64,000 bases of DNA from an uncultured Gemmatimonadales bacterium (lineage in GTDB: Bacteria > Gemmatimonadota > Gemmatimonadetes > Longimicrobiales > RSA9): positions 1-64,000 of the forward strand of contig CAWAMW010000017.1 of the NCBI GenBank assembly GCA_963783305.1. Reading direction: 5' to 3'. Shown in pieces: positions 28,163-37,308 of the stretch; within the stretch, counting starts at the first letter, position 1, and every line of letters begins with the position of its first letter. The position numbers and the translations under genes are program-made. The notes beneath the pieces are model-generated. The model did no database searches. It was given only the letters and a program-made list of their open reading frames with translations, and was not told the origin of the DNA.

Positions 28163-29455
28163 TCAGTGCTGGAGCGCGGCGGACAGGTTCTCGTGGCCGT
28201 CTGCGGTAACGAGGATGTCGTCCTCGATGCGGACGCCGATGCCGCGTAGCGCCTCGGGCACGTCCGGGTCGTCGGGGGGGATGTAGAGGCCCGGCTCGAC
28301 GGTGAGGACCATGCCGGGCTCGAGGCGGCGGTGCTGCCCGCGTTCCGCGTAGGTGCCGACATCGTGGACGTCGAGGCCGAGCCAGTGGGAGGTGGAGTGG
28401 GGGAAGAACCGTTTCCAGGCGATCTCGTCGTCCCGGAGCCGGTCGGCGTCGCCCCTGAGGAGCCCGAGTCCGAGCATGGCGGGGATGAGGACGCGGAGCG
28501 CGGCGTCGTGGATATCGGGGATGGTGGCGCCAGGCCGGACGGCACGGATAGCGGCGCGTTCGGCCTCGAGCACGGCCTGGTGAACGTCGAGAGCGGCGCC
28601 CTCGAGGGTGCCACCGATAGGGACGGTGCGTGTGAGGTCGGCGTTGTAGATGCGGTGCCGGGCGCCGGCGTCGAGGAGGAGGAGCTCGCCGGCCTGCATG
28701 GTGCGATTGTTGGCGGTGTAGTGGAGGATGGTGGCGTTGGGTCCGGAAGCGGCGATGGTGGCGAAGGCGGGGCCGTCGGCGCCGGCGGTTCGGAACCCGG
28801 CCTCGACGGCGGCCTCCACCTGCCACTCGCCCATGCCGGGCCCGACGATGGCGAGGGCGTGCTGGAACGCGGCGACGGTGATGTCGACGGCGTCTCGTAT
28901 GGCGTCGATTTCCGCGGGGTCCTTGATGAGGCGCATGTCGTCGAGGATGAGGCCGGGGTCGGCGAGCTGGGCGGGCCCGCGTCCGGAGCGCTGCCGTGCC
29001 GAGCGGCCGCTGCCGAGGATGTCGAGGACGAGGCTTTCTACGTCGGCGCGGCCGGTGCCAATGCGGAAATAGAGGCGGTTGGAGCCGCGCAGCAGTCGGG
29101 GGAGTGTATCGCCGAGGGAGTCGATGGTATGGACGGCCCCGGCGCCGATCCGCTCGCCCGCCGATTCCGGGTCCTCGCGCCCGCCGCTCCACAGCTCCTG
29201 GCGGGGGTCGCGGTCGCGGACGAAGAGGGTGAATGGCGTATCGGCGGAGGGGCAGAGCACGGCCACGGCCTCCGGCTCGGTGTAGCCGGTGAGGTACCAG
29301 AGGTCGGGGTCGACCACGTACCGCAGCTCCACATCGCGGCCGACCACGATCTCCGGGGACGCGGTCAGTACGAGTGCGGCGTCATCGCCGAGGGCGTCGA
29401 GAACGCGGTCACGGCGAGCGGCGAAGAGGGAGGGATCCCATGCGTGTGCGGTCAT
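28163..29455 (-). CDS. pepP: Xaa-Pro aminopeptidase (M24B)
   Basis: DLWYLTGYTEPEA, RLIKDPAEI, DAGA...ADLTRT, HSTSHWLGLDVHD, TVEPGLY, GIGVRIEDDILVT. Confidence 0.92.
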   Translation of the reverse strand: MTAHAWDPSLFAARRDRVLDALGDDAALVLTASPEIVVGRDVELRYVVDPDLWYLTGYTEPEAVAVLCPSADTPFTLFVRDRDPRQELWSGGREDPESAGERIGAGAVHTIDSLGDTLPRLLRGSNRLYFRIGTGRADVESLVLDILGSGRSARQRSGRGPAQLADPGLILDDMRLIKDPAEIDAIRDAVDITVAAFQHALAIVGPGMGEWQVEAAVEAGFRTAGADGPAFATIAASGPNATILHYTANNRTMQAGELLLLDAGARHRIYNADLTRTVPIGGTLEGAALDVHQAVLEAERAAIRAVRPGATIPDIHDAALRVLIPAMLGLGLLRGDADRLRDDEIAWKRFFPHSTSHWLGLDVHDVGTYAERGQHRRLEPGMVLTVEPGLYIPPDDPDVPEALRGIGVRIEDDILVTADGHENLSAALQH

Positions 29456-29462
29456 GGACTCG

Positions 29463-29636
29463 TCATGTGCGGGATTCGAGGAGCGCGGTCACCCGGTGGG
29501 CGAGGTCGGCCCAGTCGGCGGCGTCGTCGTCGGTGAGATCGGAACGGGATGTTCCCACTGGGGTGACGTAGCGGCCCACCACGAACTTCCCCGCGTTGGG
29601 GTTCGGCGTGGGCTGGAACTCGATCCGATGCGTCAT
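29463..29636 (-). CDS. NifU/Nfu N-terminal-domain mini-protein, internally shortened (57 aa; below the ORF-track cutoff)
   Basis: MTHRIEFQPTPNPNAGKFVVGRYVTPVGTSRSDLTDDDAADWADLAHRVTALLESRT; TPNPNA.KF is the Nfu_N signature; ATG overlaps the upstream stop. Confidence 0.65.
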   Translation of the reverse strand: MTHRIEFQPTPNPNAGKFVVGRYVTPVGTSRSDLTDDDAADWADLAHRVTALLESRT

Positions 29637-29863
29637 TGCAGAGGTTCCGGCTCGTCCCAGCTCTCACCCCAGAAGCGCTCCTCCTCCTCCGCGGCCTCGC
29701 CCAGGTCCAGGGGGTCATCCGTCTCCATCCGGCCGCTCGCCTCGATCTGGCGGATGGCGCTCTCGCTGAGTCCGTTCCCCTCCAGGTTGCCGAGGCGCCG
29801 GCGATAACCGATTCCTGCCACCGCCACCAGCACCGCTCCGACGGCGAAGATCCAGCCGGTCAC
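29633..29863 (-). CDS. Small single-pass membrane protein with acidic tail
   Basis: GTG overlaps the dksA-like stop; N-terminal TM then DDPLDLGEAAEEEERFW. Confidence 0.7.
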   Translation of the reverse strand: MTGWIFAVGAVLVAVAGIGYRRRLGNLEGNGLSESAIRQIEASGRMETDDPLDLGEAAEEEERFWGESWDEPEPLQ

Positions 29864-30255
29864 CCGGCCTCAGAGGATCTCGCGCCGGGCTCCTGCTCCT
29901 CCTGGCAGGAGACGCAGTGCGTCGCCCAGGGCACGAGCTCCAGCCGCTCCATGGAGATCTCGGTGCCGCACTGCTCGCACTTGCCGAACCCCTCCGGATC
30001 CTTGTAGAGGGTGCGCAGGGCGTCATCGATGGCCAGGAGCTGCTCCCCTTCCTGGTGGACCATCAGCGCCTGCTTCTCCTGCTCCATGGTGTCCGTGCCC
30101 TCGTCCGCCATGTGCAGCGGATAGTTCGTCAGGTCCCCGTCATCGCCTTCCATGCGCTCCTTGAAGCGCTCGTCCAGCGCCGCCAGCGCCTCCAGTCGTG
30201 AATTCCGCTCTTCGAGGAGGCGTGACTCGATCTGCTTCCGCTGCCTGTCATCCAT
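29860..30255 (-). CDS. TraR/DksA family C4 zinc-finger regulator
   Basis: Coiled coil with HMADEGTD; FGKCEQCGTEISMERLELVPWATHCVSCQ; SD GGGGAGT. Confidence 0.9.
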   Translation of the reverse strand: MDDRQRKQIESRLLEERNSRLEALAALDERFKERMEGDDGDLTNYPLHMADEGTDTMEQEKQALMVHQEGEQLLAIDDALRTLYKDPEGFGKCEQCGTEISMERLELVPWATHCVSCQEEQEPGARSSEAG

Positions 30256-30303
30256 GGTATGTATCACTCCCCTGAGGTTCCGGTTGATCCGGGCAGTTAG
30301 GGG

Positions 30304-30319
30304 GCAACTTGCGTTCCGG
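30304..30319 (-). promoter_or_regulatory. Putative sigma54 -24/-12 promoter of the dksA-like operon
   Basis: CCGGAACGCAAGTTGC (GG-N10-GC). Confidence 0.55.
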
Positions 30320-31567
30320 TCAGTTCCGCCGGGTGGTATCCACCTGGATCGGCCGGCCGATGGGCCCCACGGGTCGGATCTGTGGTTCGGGCAGGGAATC
30401 CAGGGAGTCCAGGGTGCCGCGTCCGGGCTCGAAGCGCGCCCTGCGGGCACTGTCGGCGCCGGGTCCGAGGCGAGCCCCGGGGACCGGTCCTGGCCCCTCC
30501 ATGGCATCCCGGAACGGGTCCAGGCGGGCGGCGCTGTCGGGTGGGAGCGAATCGATGCGGGCCAGATCGTACTCGCCCGACTCCGGGATGGGCAGCAGGA
30601 ATTGAGGGATGGGGAGCGCCGTGCGACGTGTCGCGGTGAATCCCTGTCGGGAGCCCGTCGCCCAGCTCTCGCGCTCGATCACGCCATCATTGTCCAGGTC
30701 GAACAGGTGCTTCCGGACCGTGCCGCCGTAGTCGAGTGTTATGAAGCGCCCTCCGTCGGGCGTCTTCCAGACGGTGCTGAGCAGCTCCATGGCGGAGCCG
30801 GGCTCCCCGCAGCGGCTCCGGCGGCTGCCGACGCGGGTGAGGGCGCCGAGATCCGGCTGTGCGAGCGCCGGGTCGTTGGCCATCTCGTAGCTGGGCAATG
30901 CGGGCGGCGGCTTCACGGCGAGGATGGAGCTGTCCATGCGGATATCCAGCGTACCGGTCCTTCGCTCCCCCAGCTTCTCGCCGTCGAAGGAGTAGAAGAT
31001 CCGGACCGAGCTCATGGTGTGGAGCGGCGGTGGCGGCGCCGGGACGAACTCGGGGACGGAGTCGCCGAGCGCCACGCAGTAGTACGAGGGCATCACGACT
31101 TCGAGCCAGATGGTATCGTGTGCGGGCAGCAGAACCGGAAGACGCTCGGGCTCCACCGCCCCGAGTTCCGGGTCGAAGGTGTAGGTGATGAGCGGAGACC
31201 CGGCCCGCATCCGCCCGTCGAGCTCCTGACCCTTCTGGCGTGTGAGCCGATAGCGGAGCGGCACGCTCAGGGAGAGGCTGTCCGGGGTCACCGGCCGGCG
31301 CCCGCGGTTGCGTACGCCCAGGATCAGCGGGACGCGGACGACGGCATCGGGTGTGTTTGTGGCCGTATCGCCCCACTCCGCCGGGATGACCAGGGTGTCC
31401 TGGAACCGGCCGTCGGGTCCAAGGGCCACGAGGTCGATGGGCGGCGCGGCCCCGCTCCATCGGACGAACGTTCCCAGCCCCACGAGCACGAGCACCACCA
31501 GGACGGCGATGACCCAGCGCCCGTCCAGCGTGGGGGAAAAGCGTTGAAGCAGGTGTCGGAGTGCCAT
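30320..31567 (-). CDS. Hypothetical membrane-anchored protein
   Basis: 415 aa, N-terminal TM, starts 1 bp after the thrC stop; DLDNDG Ca-binding-like loop. Confidence 0.75.
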   Translation of the reverse strand: MALRHLLQRFSPTLDGRWVIAVLVVLVLVGLGTFVRWSGAAPPIDLVALGPDGRFQDTLVIPAEWGDTATNTPDAVVRVPLILGVRNRGRRPVTPDSLSLSVPLRYRLTRQKGQELDGRMRAGSPLITYTFDPELGAVEPERLPVLLPAHDTIWLEVVMPSYYCVALGDSVPEFVPAPPPPLHTMSSVRIFYSFDGEKLGERRTGTLDIRMDSSILAVKPPPALPSYEMANDPALAQPDLGALTRVGSRRSRCGEPGSAMELLSTVWKTPDGGRFITLDYGGTVRKHLFDLDNDGVIERESWATGSRQGFTATRRTALPIPQFLLPIPESGEYDLARIDSLPPDSAARLDPFRDAMEGPGPVPGARLGPGADSARRARFEPGRGTLDSLDSLPEPQIRPVGPIGRPIQVDTTRRN

Positions 31568-31568
31568 A

Positions 31569-32750
31569 TCAGCTGTACTTGAGACCGCTGCCGGTGTTGA
31601 ACAGGACGACCTCCTCGTCGGGATGGATCAGCGCGCGCTCGAGGAGGGTCAGGATGGCCGCGGCGGTGGCGCCCCCCTCCGGCGCGGCGAAGATGCCGGT
31701 GGTCCGGCCGATGAGAGCGACAGCGTCGGTCATGGCCTCGTCGGACACGGCCACCGCCGCGCCGCCGGACGCGCGCACGGCCTGGAGGATCAGGAAATCG
31801 CCGATTGCGCTGGGGACCCGGAGGCCGGACGCGAGGGTGCGGGCGTCCTCCCAGGGTGTGGCGGTCTCGGCACCCTCCTCCCAGGCCCGTACGATGGGTG
31901 CGCAGCCGGTGCTCTGCACGGACACCATTCGTGGCCGTTCGGAGCCGATCCAGCCGAGCTCCTCCATCTCGTCGAAGGCCTTCCACATCCCCACCAGGCC
32001 CGTGCCGCCACCCGTGGGATAGACGATCACGTCGGGGATCCGACCCAGCTGTTCCACCAGCTCGTAGCCCATGGTCTTCTTCCCCTCCACGCGGTACGGC
32101 TCCTTCAGCGTGGAGACATCGAACCAGCCGTGCTCCTCCGCACCTTCCGCGATCAGCGCGCCGGCGTCCGTGATCAAGCCGTCCACCAGCCGGAGATCGG
32201 CGCCCAGCGCCCGGATCTCCGCCAGAATCGGCCGGGGTGTGTCGGAGGGGACGGCCACGTGCGCCGGGACCCCGGCCGCGGCGGCGTACGCGGCCGCGGC
32301 GGATCCCGCGTTCCCGGCGGACGGCAGCGCGATGGCGTCCATCCCGACCTCGATGGCGCGGGACACGGCCATGGCCAGGCCGCGCGCCTTGAAGCTGCCC
32401 GTGGGGTTCTGAGCCTCGTCCTTCACCCACACGCGAGCCATGCCGAGGGACTCGGCCAGCCGCGGTGCGTCCAGGAGGGGCGTGAACCCTTCGCCCAGCG
32501 TCACGCGGTGCTCCGGATCGCGGACCGGGAGCACCTCGGCGTACCGCCACATGTCGGGCGGACGCCCCACGAGGGCGGCGGGGGTGAACCGGCCCCGGAG
32601 CGGGGCGAGGTCGTAGCGGGCCAGGAGTGGCCGGTCGCAGCAGGGTGAGGTGCGCCACGGCATCTCCGCGTCGGCATAGACCGCGCCGCAGAACCCGCAC
32701 TCGAGGTAGCTAACACCCGGCGTCACCACCGGCATTGTCAGGGTCGGCAT
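31569..32750 (-). CDS. thrC: Threonine synthase family PLP enzyme
   Basis: TLGEGFTPL, NPTGSFKARG, SAGNAG, EGKKTMGYE, YPTGGGTG, NTGSGLKY. Start at 32750 or 32735. Confidence 0.88.
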   Translation of the reverse strand: MPTLTMPVVTPGVSYLECGFCGAVYADAEMPWRTSPCCDRPLLARYDLAPLRGRFTPAALVGRPPDMWRYAEVLPVRDPEHRVTLGEGFTPLLDAPRLAESLGMARVWVKDEAQNPTGSFKARGLAMAVSRAIEVGMDAIALPSAGNAGSAAAAYAAAAGVPAHVAVPSDTPRPILAEIRALGADLRLVDGLITDAGALIAEGAEEHGWFDVSTLKEPYRVEGKKTMGYELVEQLGRIPDVIVYPTGGGTGLVGMWKAFDEMEELGWIGSERPRMVSVQSTGCAPIVRAWEEGAETATPWEDARTLASGLRVPSAIGDFLILQAVRASGGAAVAVSDEAMTDAVALIGRTTGIFAAPEGGATAAAILTLLERALIHPDEEVVLFNTGSGLKYS

Positions 32751-32787
32751 GGGCGCAAGATAGTCCGCGAGTCGTGTCGTGCCAGCG

Positions 32788-33081
32788 TCAGAAGCTGCGG
32801 CCGGCATCGCTCGGCGGCTTCCCGGGGCGCCCGTAGTGGTCGCCGCCGATGGGCCGCGCCTGCCGATACGCCCGCCGCAGGGCGTCATCGTCCATGTCGG
32901 CGATCGAGCCGCGGGCGACCGCCAGCTGACGCGACTTGCGCGTTCCTTCCACGCACACGAACTCCACCACCTCGCCCTCCTCGTCGGACTCCGTCCGCCG
33001 CTCCGAGCCGGGCAGCACCCGCACCTCCCACTCCGCTCCATCCTCGTGCAATCTGCGCCAGCGCCCCTGTTCATCCGACAT
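32788..33081 (-). CDS. Hypothetical protein (97 aa)
   Basis: SD GAAAGG; protein-like composition; sigma54-like site upstream. Confidence 0.7.
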   Translation of the reverse strand: MSDEQGRWRRLHEDGAEWEVRVLPGSERRTESDEEGEVVEFVCVEGTRKSRQLAVARGSIADMDDDALRRAYRQARPIGGDHYGRPGKPPSDAGRSF

Positions 33082-33133
33082 GGATCGACCTTTCCCGCTC
33101 GAGGTTCGACATCGATACTACCGCGGGTCAGGG

Positions 33134-33149
33134 GCAAAAAGTACGCCCC
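33134..33149 (-). promoter_or_regulatory. Putative sigma54 promoter
   Basis: GGGGCGTACTTTTTGC (GG-N10-GC), 53 bp upstream of the start at 33081. Confidence 0.4.
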
Positions 33150-33159
33150 CACGACCGAG

Positions 33160-33186
33160 GCAACCGTCTCGGGCGGCGACCGCATC
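33160..33186 (+). promoter_or_regulatory. Putative autoregulatory ECF promoter
   Basis: GCAAC-N16-CGCATC, about 50 bp upstream of the ECF sigma gene. Confidence 0.35.
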
Positions 33187-33234
33187 CCATGGGCAGGACA
33201 GAACGGCGATCCAGGCGGACAGGCCACGCAGCGG

Positions 33235-33804
33235 ATGACGGAACAGGAGCTCCTCCAGCAGGCGCGCGAGGGAGATGAGGGGGCCATGCGCGCCCTCTAC
33301 AACCGGTATGCCCCGCGTGTGTACGCGGTGGTGCGGCGGATCGCTGGCGAGGACGGGCTGGCGGACGACTGGGCCCAGGAGGCGTGGATCCGGGTGTTTC
33401 GTGCGCTGCCGGGGTTCCGGGGCGACGCGGCGTTCTCGACCTGGCTGCATCGGGTGGCGGTGAACAGCGCGCTGCAGGGGAAGCGATCGCGGACCCGTCA
33501 CGACTCGCGGGAGGAGCCTCTGCCGGCGGTCCTGCCGGCCCGGGATGACCCCTCCGACAGGGACCCGACGGTGCTCAGGATCTCGTTGGAGCGGGCGCTC
33601 GAGCGGGTCCCGGAGGGGATGAGGCAGGTGCTGGTGCTGCACGATGTGGAAGGATTCACGCACGAGGAGATCGGCGAGATGCTGGGCATAGCGGCCGGGA
33701 CATCGAAGAGCCAACTGTCGAAAGCGAGAGCCAAGATGCGCGTGTTGCTTCGCGCTTCGGATACGGTAGTCGAGGGGAGGGCGTATGCTGCATCTGACGC
33801 TTGA
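33235..33804 (+). CDS. ECF RNA polymerase sigma factor
   Basis: DDWAQEAWIRVFRAL..FRGDAAFSTWLHRVAVN; VLVLHDVEGFTHEEIGEMLGIAAGTSKSQLSKAR. Confidence 0.92.
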   Translation: MTEQELLQQAREGDEGAMRALYNRYAPRVYAVVRRIAGEDGLADDWAQEAWIRVFRALPGFRGDAAFSTWLHRVAVNSALQGKRSRTRHDSREEPLPAVLPARDDPSDRDPTVLRISLERALERVPEGMRQVLVLHDVEGFTHEEIGEMLGIAAGTSKSQLSKARAKMRVLLRASDTVVEGRAYAASDA

Positions 33805-34450
33805 GGCGCTGGCGCGGCTCGTGGACGAGGCGCCGGACGTCCATGAGGAGGCGCACCTGGCGGACTGCTCGGTGTGTCGCGAAGAGCTGGTCGCGCTGCG
33901 TGGTCAAACCGAAGCGCTGTCGACACTGCCCAAGCTCATGCCGCCGCCCGACGCGTGGCCGGCGCTCAGCGATCGGCTGCGGGCGGAGGGCCTGGTCCGG
34001 GCCGAACGGCGGCGGATGCCCGGTCCCGGGATGATCCGGGCCGCCGCGGCGATCGCGCTGTTCCTGCTTGGCGGCGCCGCCGGCTTCGTCGCGCGCGGGC
34101 CGGTGGAGGGCGGCGCTCAGCCGCTGGCTGGTGCGCTGGAGACGGAGCCCGGGGTACGAGGCGGCACCGGCGCCGTGCCGGGTGAGTCGGCGGTGGAGCT
34201 GAGCCAGGAGGTGGAGCGGACGGAGGAGCTGTTCGCGTCGGCTCTCGACCGGTTCATGCAGGCCAGCGGGACGCGCGCTCCCGACCCGGCGGCGCGGCTG
34301 GCGGCGCTCGACAACATCGTTCTGACTACGGCGGAGGCGTTGAACGAGTCGCCGGCCGATCCGGTCATCAACAGCTATCACCTGACAGCGGTGGCGCAGC
34401 GGAAGGCGCTGCTCCGGCAGCTGTCCACTTCCACGGACCCGGTATTCTAG
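33785..34450 (+). CDS. Zinc-binding (HxxxCxxC) transmembrane anti-sigma factor
   Basis: HLADCSVC, single TM, overlaps the sigma gene. Confidence 0.8.
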   Translation: MLHLTLEALARLVDEAPDVHEEAHLADCSVCREELVALRGQTEALSTLPKLMPPPDAWPALSDRLRAEGLVRAERRRMPGPGMIRAAAAIALFLLGGAAGFVARGPVEGGAQPLAGALETEPGVRGGTGAVPGESAVELSQEVERTEELFASALDRFMQASGTRAPDPAARLAALDNIVLTTAEALNESPADPVINSYHLTAVAQRKALLRQLSTSTDPVF

Positions 34451-34452
34451 CG

Positions 34453-35610
34453 ATGTCGAGACGATCGATCCTCCTCAACGCAGTCCTCCTGGCGCTGCTG
34501 CTGCCCGTTGCGGCGACCGCGCAGCGGCCGCGGCCGGCACCGAGGCCGGAGCCGGCACCCGGCTGGCTGGGCGTGGCGTACGAGGCGCGGTGGGTCCAGC
34601 GCGAGGGGCAGTGTGAGCCGCAGGTCCTCGTAGAGCAGGTGATCCACGGATCCCCCGCGGAGCGCGCGGGAGTGCGCCCGGGCGACACGCTGGTGGCGGT
34701 GGACGGGCGACCCATCCCCGGAGGACGGCTCGAGGAGCTGGCCGGTCGACTGCGGCCGGGGGACCCGGTGAGGCTGCGGGTACTGCGCGGCGGCCGGGAG
34801 CAGGAAATCACGGCGGTCGCCGACCGCCGCCCGGTCCGCCCACCGGTGGCGGCGGCCGGGGCGGAAGGCGACCCGATGCGTCGCGCCGCGCCGATCGTGC
34901 GCGTGGAGAACGGCACGCTCGTGCTCCGCAACGTGGACAGCGCACCGGGCGTCCACGGGTACTGGCTGGAGGCCGACGGGCGCACGGTCTTCCGCTCGCT
35001 CGGATCCTGGTCGACCGATGGGATGGACGAGGAGGTCCAGCGGCTGCTGGCGTGCGCGGAGAGCACACGCTGGGAGCCGGCCGCGGCCGCCGTGGCCGCG
35101 ACGCGCGTCGACCTGCGGAACGTGCAGATCCGCGCGGACAGCCTGCGCGTGCTCATGGCGCAGCGGGTGCTGGAGCACGAACGGAGCATGGCAGAGCTCT
35201 CTCGCATAGCGGACCGGCCGGAACCGCCGGAGCCGCCGGAGCCGCGGGGGCCGCGGGGATCGCGCGAGGTTCACGTGGTGGCGCCCGGCGGGAGCTACGT
35301 CCTGCGGATGGACGACCACGTGACGGCGGGCTTGCGTGGCGTCGCCGGCGCCGAGCTGGCCTCGCTGGAACCGGAGCTCGCCGCGTACTTCAGCAACGTA
35401 TCCGACGGGCTCCTGGTGCTGCGGATCTCCGCAGGGACGCCCGCGGCGCGGGCGGGCCTGATGCCCGGCGATGTCATCGTCCGTGGCGACGGTCGCCCTA
35501 TGACCTCGGTACACGACCTCCGCGCGCTGCTTTCCACCGGCGACCGTGAGCCCGTCGAGCTGCGGGTCGTCCGGAAGGGACGGAGCCGGACCATCAACCT
35601 GCCTCGCTGA
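34453..35610 (+). CDS. Secreted protein with two PDZ domains and no protease domain
   Basis: Signal peptide; GWLGV...GSPAERAGVRPGD and GLLV...GTPAARAGLMPGDVI. Confidence 0.85.
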   Translation: MSRRSILLNAVLLALLLPVAATAQRPRPAPRPEPAPGWLGVAYEARWVQREGQCEPQVLVEQVIHGSPAERAGVRPGDTLVAVDGRPIPGGRLEELAGRLRPGDPVRLRVLRGGREQEITAVADRRPVRPPVAAAGAEGDPMRRAAPIVRVENGTLVLRNVDSAPGVHGYWLEADGRTVFRSLGSWSTDGMDEEVQRLLACAESTRWEPAAAAVAATRVDLRNVQIRADSLRVLMAQRVLEHERSMAELSRIADRPEPPEPPEPRGPRGSREVHVVAPGGSYVLRMDDHVTAGLRGVAGAELASLEPELAAYFSNVSDGLLVLRISAGTPAARAGLMPGDVIVRGDGRPMTSVHDLRALLSTGDREPVELRVVRKGRSRTINLPR

Positions 35611-36925
35611 GTCGCGTCAACCGGTCGGCGGCGGTGAACCCCGACCGGACCGCGCCCTCGACCGTGGGCGTGACCAGGTAGTCTCCCGCCAGCGCGAGCC
35701 ACGATGGGAGCGACTCCTGACGGAACGCAGCGACTCGCCGGAAATGGCCGGGGGCCGGTGCCCAGACCGCGTCGGGAAGCCGGACCAGTCGCGCCTCCGC
35801 CACCTCGGCCGCGGCGGCGGGCATGATCAGCCGCAGGGCGGCCAGTCCCTCCTCCAGCGCCACCGACGACGACGACCCTGCCCAGCGCGCACCCGTGGCC
35901 GGCGCGGGAACCAGGACCAGTGCGCCACCACCGGGGCCCACCACGGCCGTGCCCTTCTCCCCCTGCACGCACACCGCCGCGAGCGTTTCGCCAGCCGGCT
36001 CCGTGCGGGGAACGGAGAGGCCGAACCAGCCGGTGGCCATGCGGGTCCGCGTCGCCAGCACCAGGCTGGCCGTGGAACGCACTTTGATTCCCTTCAGCAG
36101 CTCGACAGACGGCACCAGCGCAGCGGCGGGGCCGGGCGGAATCGCGAGGATCACCCGCTCGTGCTCGACCGTCTCGCCATCCAGGACGACGCGGACCCCG
36201 CCCGGAGACGGATCCAGCCCCAGCACCCGCGCGTCCGTCCGGATCTCGACACCCCGGCTTTCGAGCGCCGCGCCCATCGCCGCCGCCAGCTCGCCGAACC
36301 CGCCCCGGGCGCCCACCACCTCCACACCCATCCCCGACCGCGCCAGCGCGTGGAACAGCCCCGCGCTGGTCTCTTCCGGTGTCACCCCGTAGTACGCGGA
36401 CAGGAGCGGGTAGGCCAGCCACTCCACGAAATCCTCGCCGAGATGGTCCCGTCCCCACTCCGCGATCGACTCCTCGTCGAGCCCCGCGGCCGCCGCTCGG
36501 ACCGGGGCGTTCAGGTCCAGCGAGCCCGCGTGCCGCTCCAGGAAGGGCACGTAGCGCAGCCCCATCCGGAGCTTCAGCCGCGTCGGCAGCGCGCCCGATG
36601 CCACCATGCTCGTGATCGAGCCGTATCGCAGCGGGTGGGGGCGGCCGTCCCGCCAGAGCGCGTCCCGCCCCGGCGCACCCACCATGCCGTCGCTCAATCC
36701 CATCTCCCCGAGCAGCGCCAGCGTGCGGTCGTAGTCCTCCGAGAGCAGCTGCACCGCCACGTCCGCACCCCGCCCCGCCACCCGCTCGGTACGCAGCCGC
36801 CCACCTACCCTGGACGTCGACTCGTACACCCGCACTCGCCGCCCCGCCGACGCGAGCCGCCACGCCGCCGCCATCCCGGCCGGTCCACTGCCGACCACCG
36901 CCGTCACTCCATCCGTGTTCGTCAT
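35594..36925 (-). CDS. FAD-dependent oxidoreductase (protoporphyrinogen/amine oxidase family)
   Basis: VVGSGPAGMAAA, VYE...VGGR, LAGDY...VEGAVRSG. Confidence 0.85.
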   Translation of the reverse strand: MTNTDGVTAVVGSGPAGMAAAWRLASAGRRVRVYESTSRVGGRLRTERVAGRGADVAVQLLSEDYDRTLALLGEMGLSDGMVGAPGRDALWRDGRPHPLRYGSITSMVASGALPTRLKLRMGLRYVPFLERHAGSLDLNAPVRAAAAGLDEESIAEWGRDHLGEDFVEWLAYPLLSAYYGVTPEETSAGLFHALARSGMGVEVVGARGGFGELAAAMGAALESRGVEIRTDARVLGLDPSPGGVRVVLDGETVEHERVILAIPPGPAAALVPSVELLKGIKVRSTASLVLATRTRMATGWFGLSVPRTEPAGETLAAVCVQGEKGTAVVGPGGGALVLVPAPATGARWAGSSSSVALEEGLAALRLIMPAAAAEVAEARLVRLPDAVWAPAPGHFRRVAAFRQESLPSWLALAGDYLVTPTVEGAVRSGFTAADRLTRLSEAG

Positions 36926-36943
36926 TGCGCGACAGTAACAAGC

Positions 36944-36976
36944 AAAAAGCCCGCGAGCCACTACGGCTCGCGGGCT
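36944..36976 (-). terminator. Intrinsic terminator
   Basis: 12-bp stem AGCCCGCGAGCC / GGCTCGCGGGCT followed by a T run on the minus strand. Confidence 0.85.
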
Positions 36977-37002
36977 CATTCCCGCTCGGGACCTCGTGCC
37001 GC

Positions 37003-37200
37003 TCAGGCCGGGGTGGGCTTCCAGCGCCCGTACGGCAGCGTCGGCTCAGGGCGGACCTTGCCGCCCCAGATGAACGCGCTGATCAGCGGCTTCGGCTCCC
37101 GCGCCTCCACATCGTGGATCACGATCCCCGCCGGCAGCTCCCTTTCTATGTCCTTCACATCGCGCTTCTTCACGCTCGACTCCTCTGCGTCTGTCCCCAT
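37003..37200 (-). CDS. Small hypothetical protein (start ATG 37200 or GTG 37173)
   Basis: SD-like GGAGGGAG or GAGGAG; own sigma54-like promoter and downstream terminator. Confidence 0.6.
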   Translation of the reverse strand: MGTDAEESSVKKRDVKDIERELPAGIVIHDVEAREPKPLISAFIWGGKVRPEPTLPYGRWKPTPA

Positions 37201-37253
37201 CCACACTCCCTCCCGCGTACGACCCAGGCGCACGCACACACCCATGGAATAAG

Positions 37254-37269
37254 GCAGACCCTGTGCCCG
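37254..37269 (-). promoter_or_regulatory. Putative sigma54 promoter
   Basis: CGGGCACAGGGTCTGC (GG-N10-GC). Confidence 0.5.
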
Positions 37270-37308
37270 CACGGCCGTGGTACGCATAAGCTGTTGCCGT
37301 ACAATCCC

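Noticed and set aside
27669..29192. 507-aa minus-strand ORF overlapping pepP
   Set aside because: Alternative frame of pepP, Arg/Pro-rich with no motifs.
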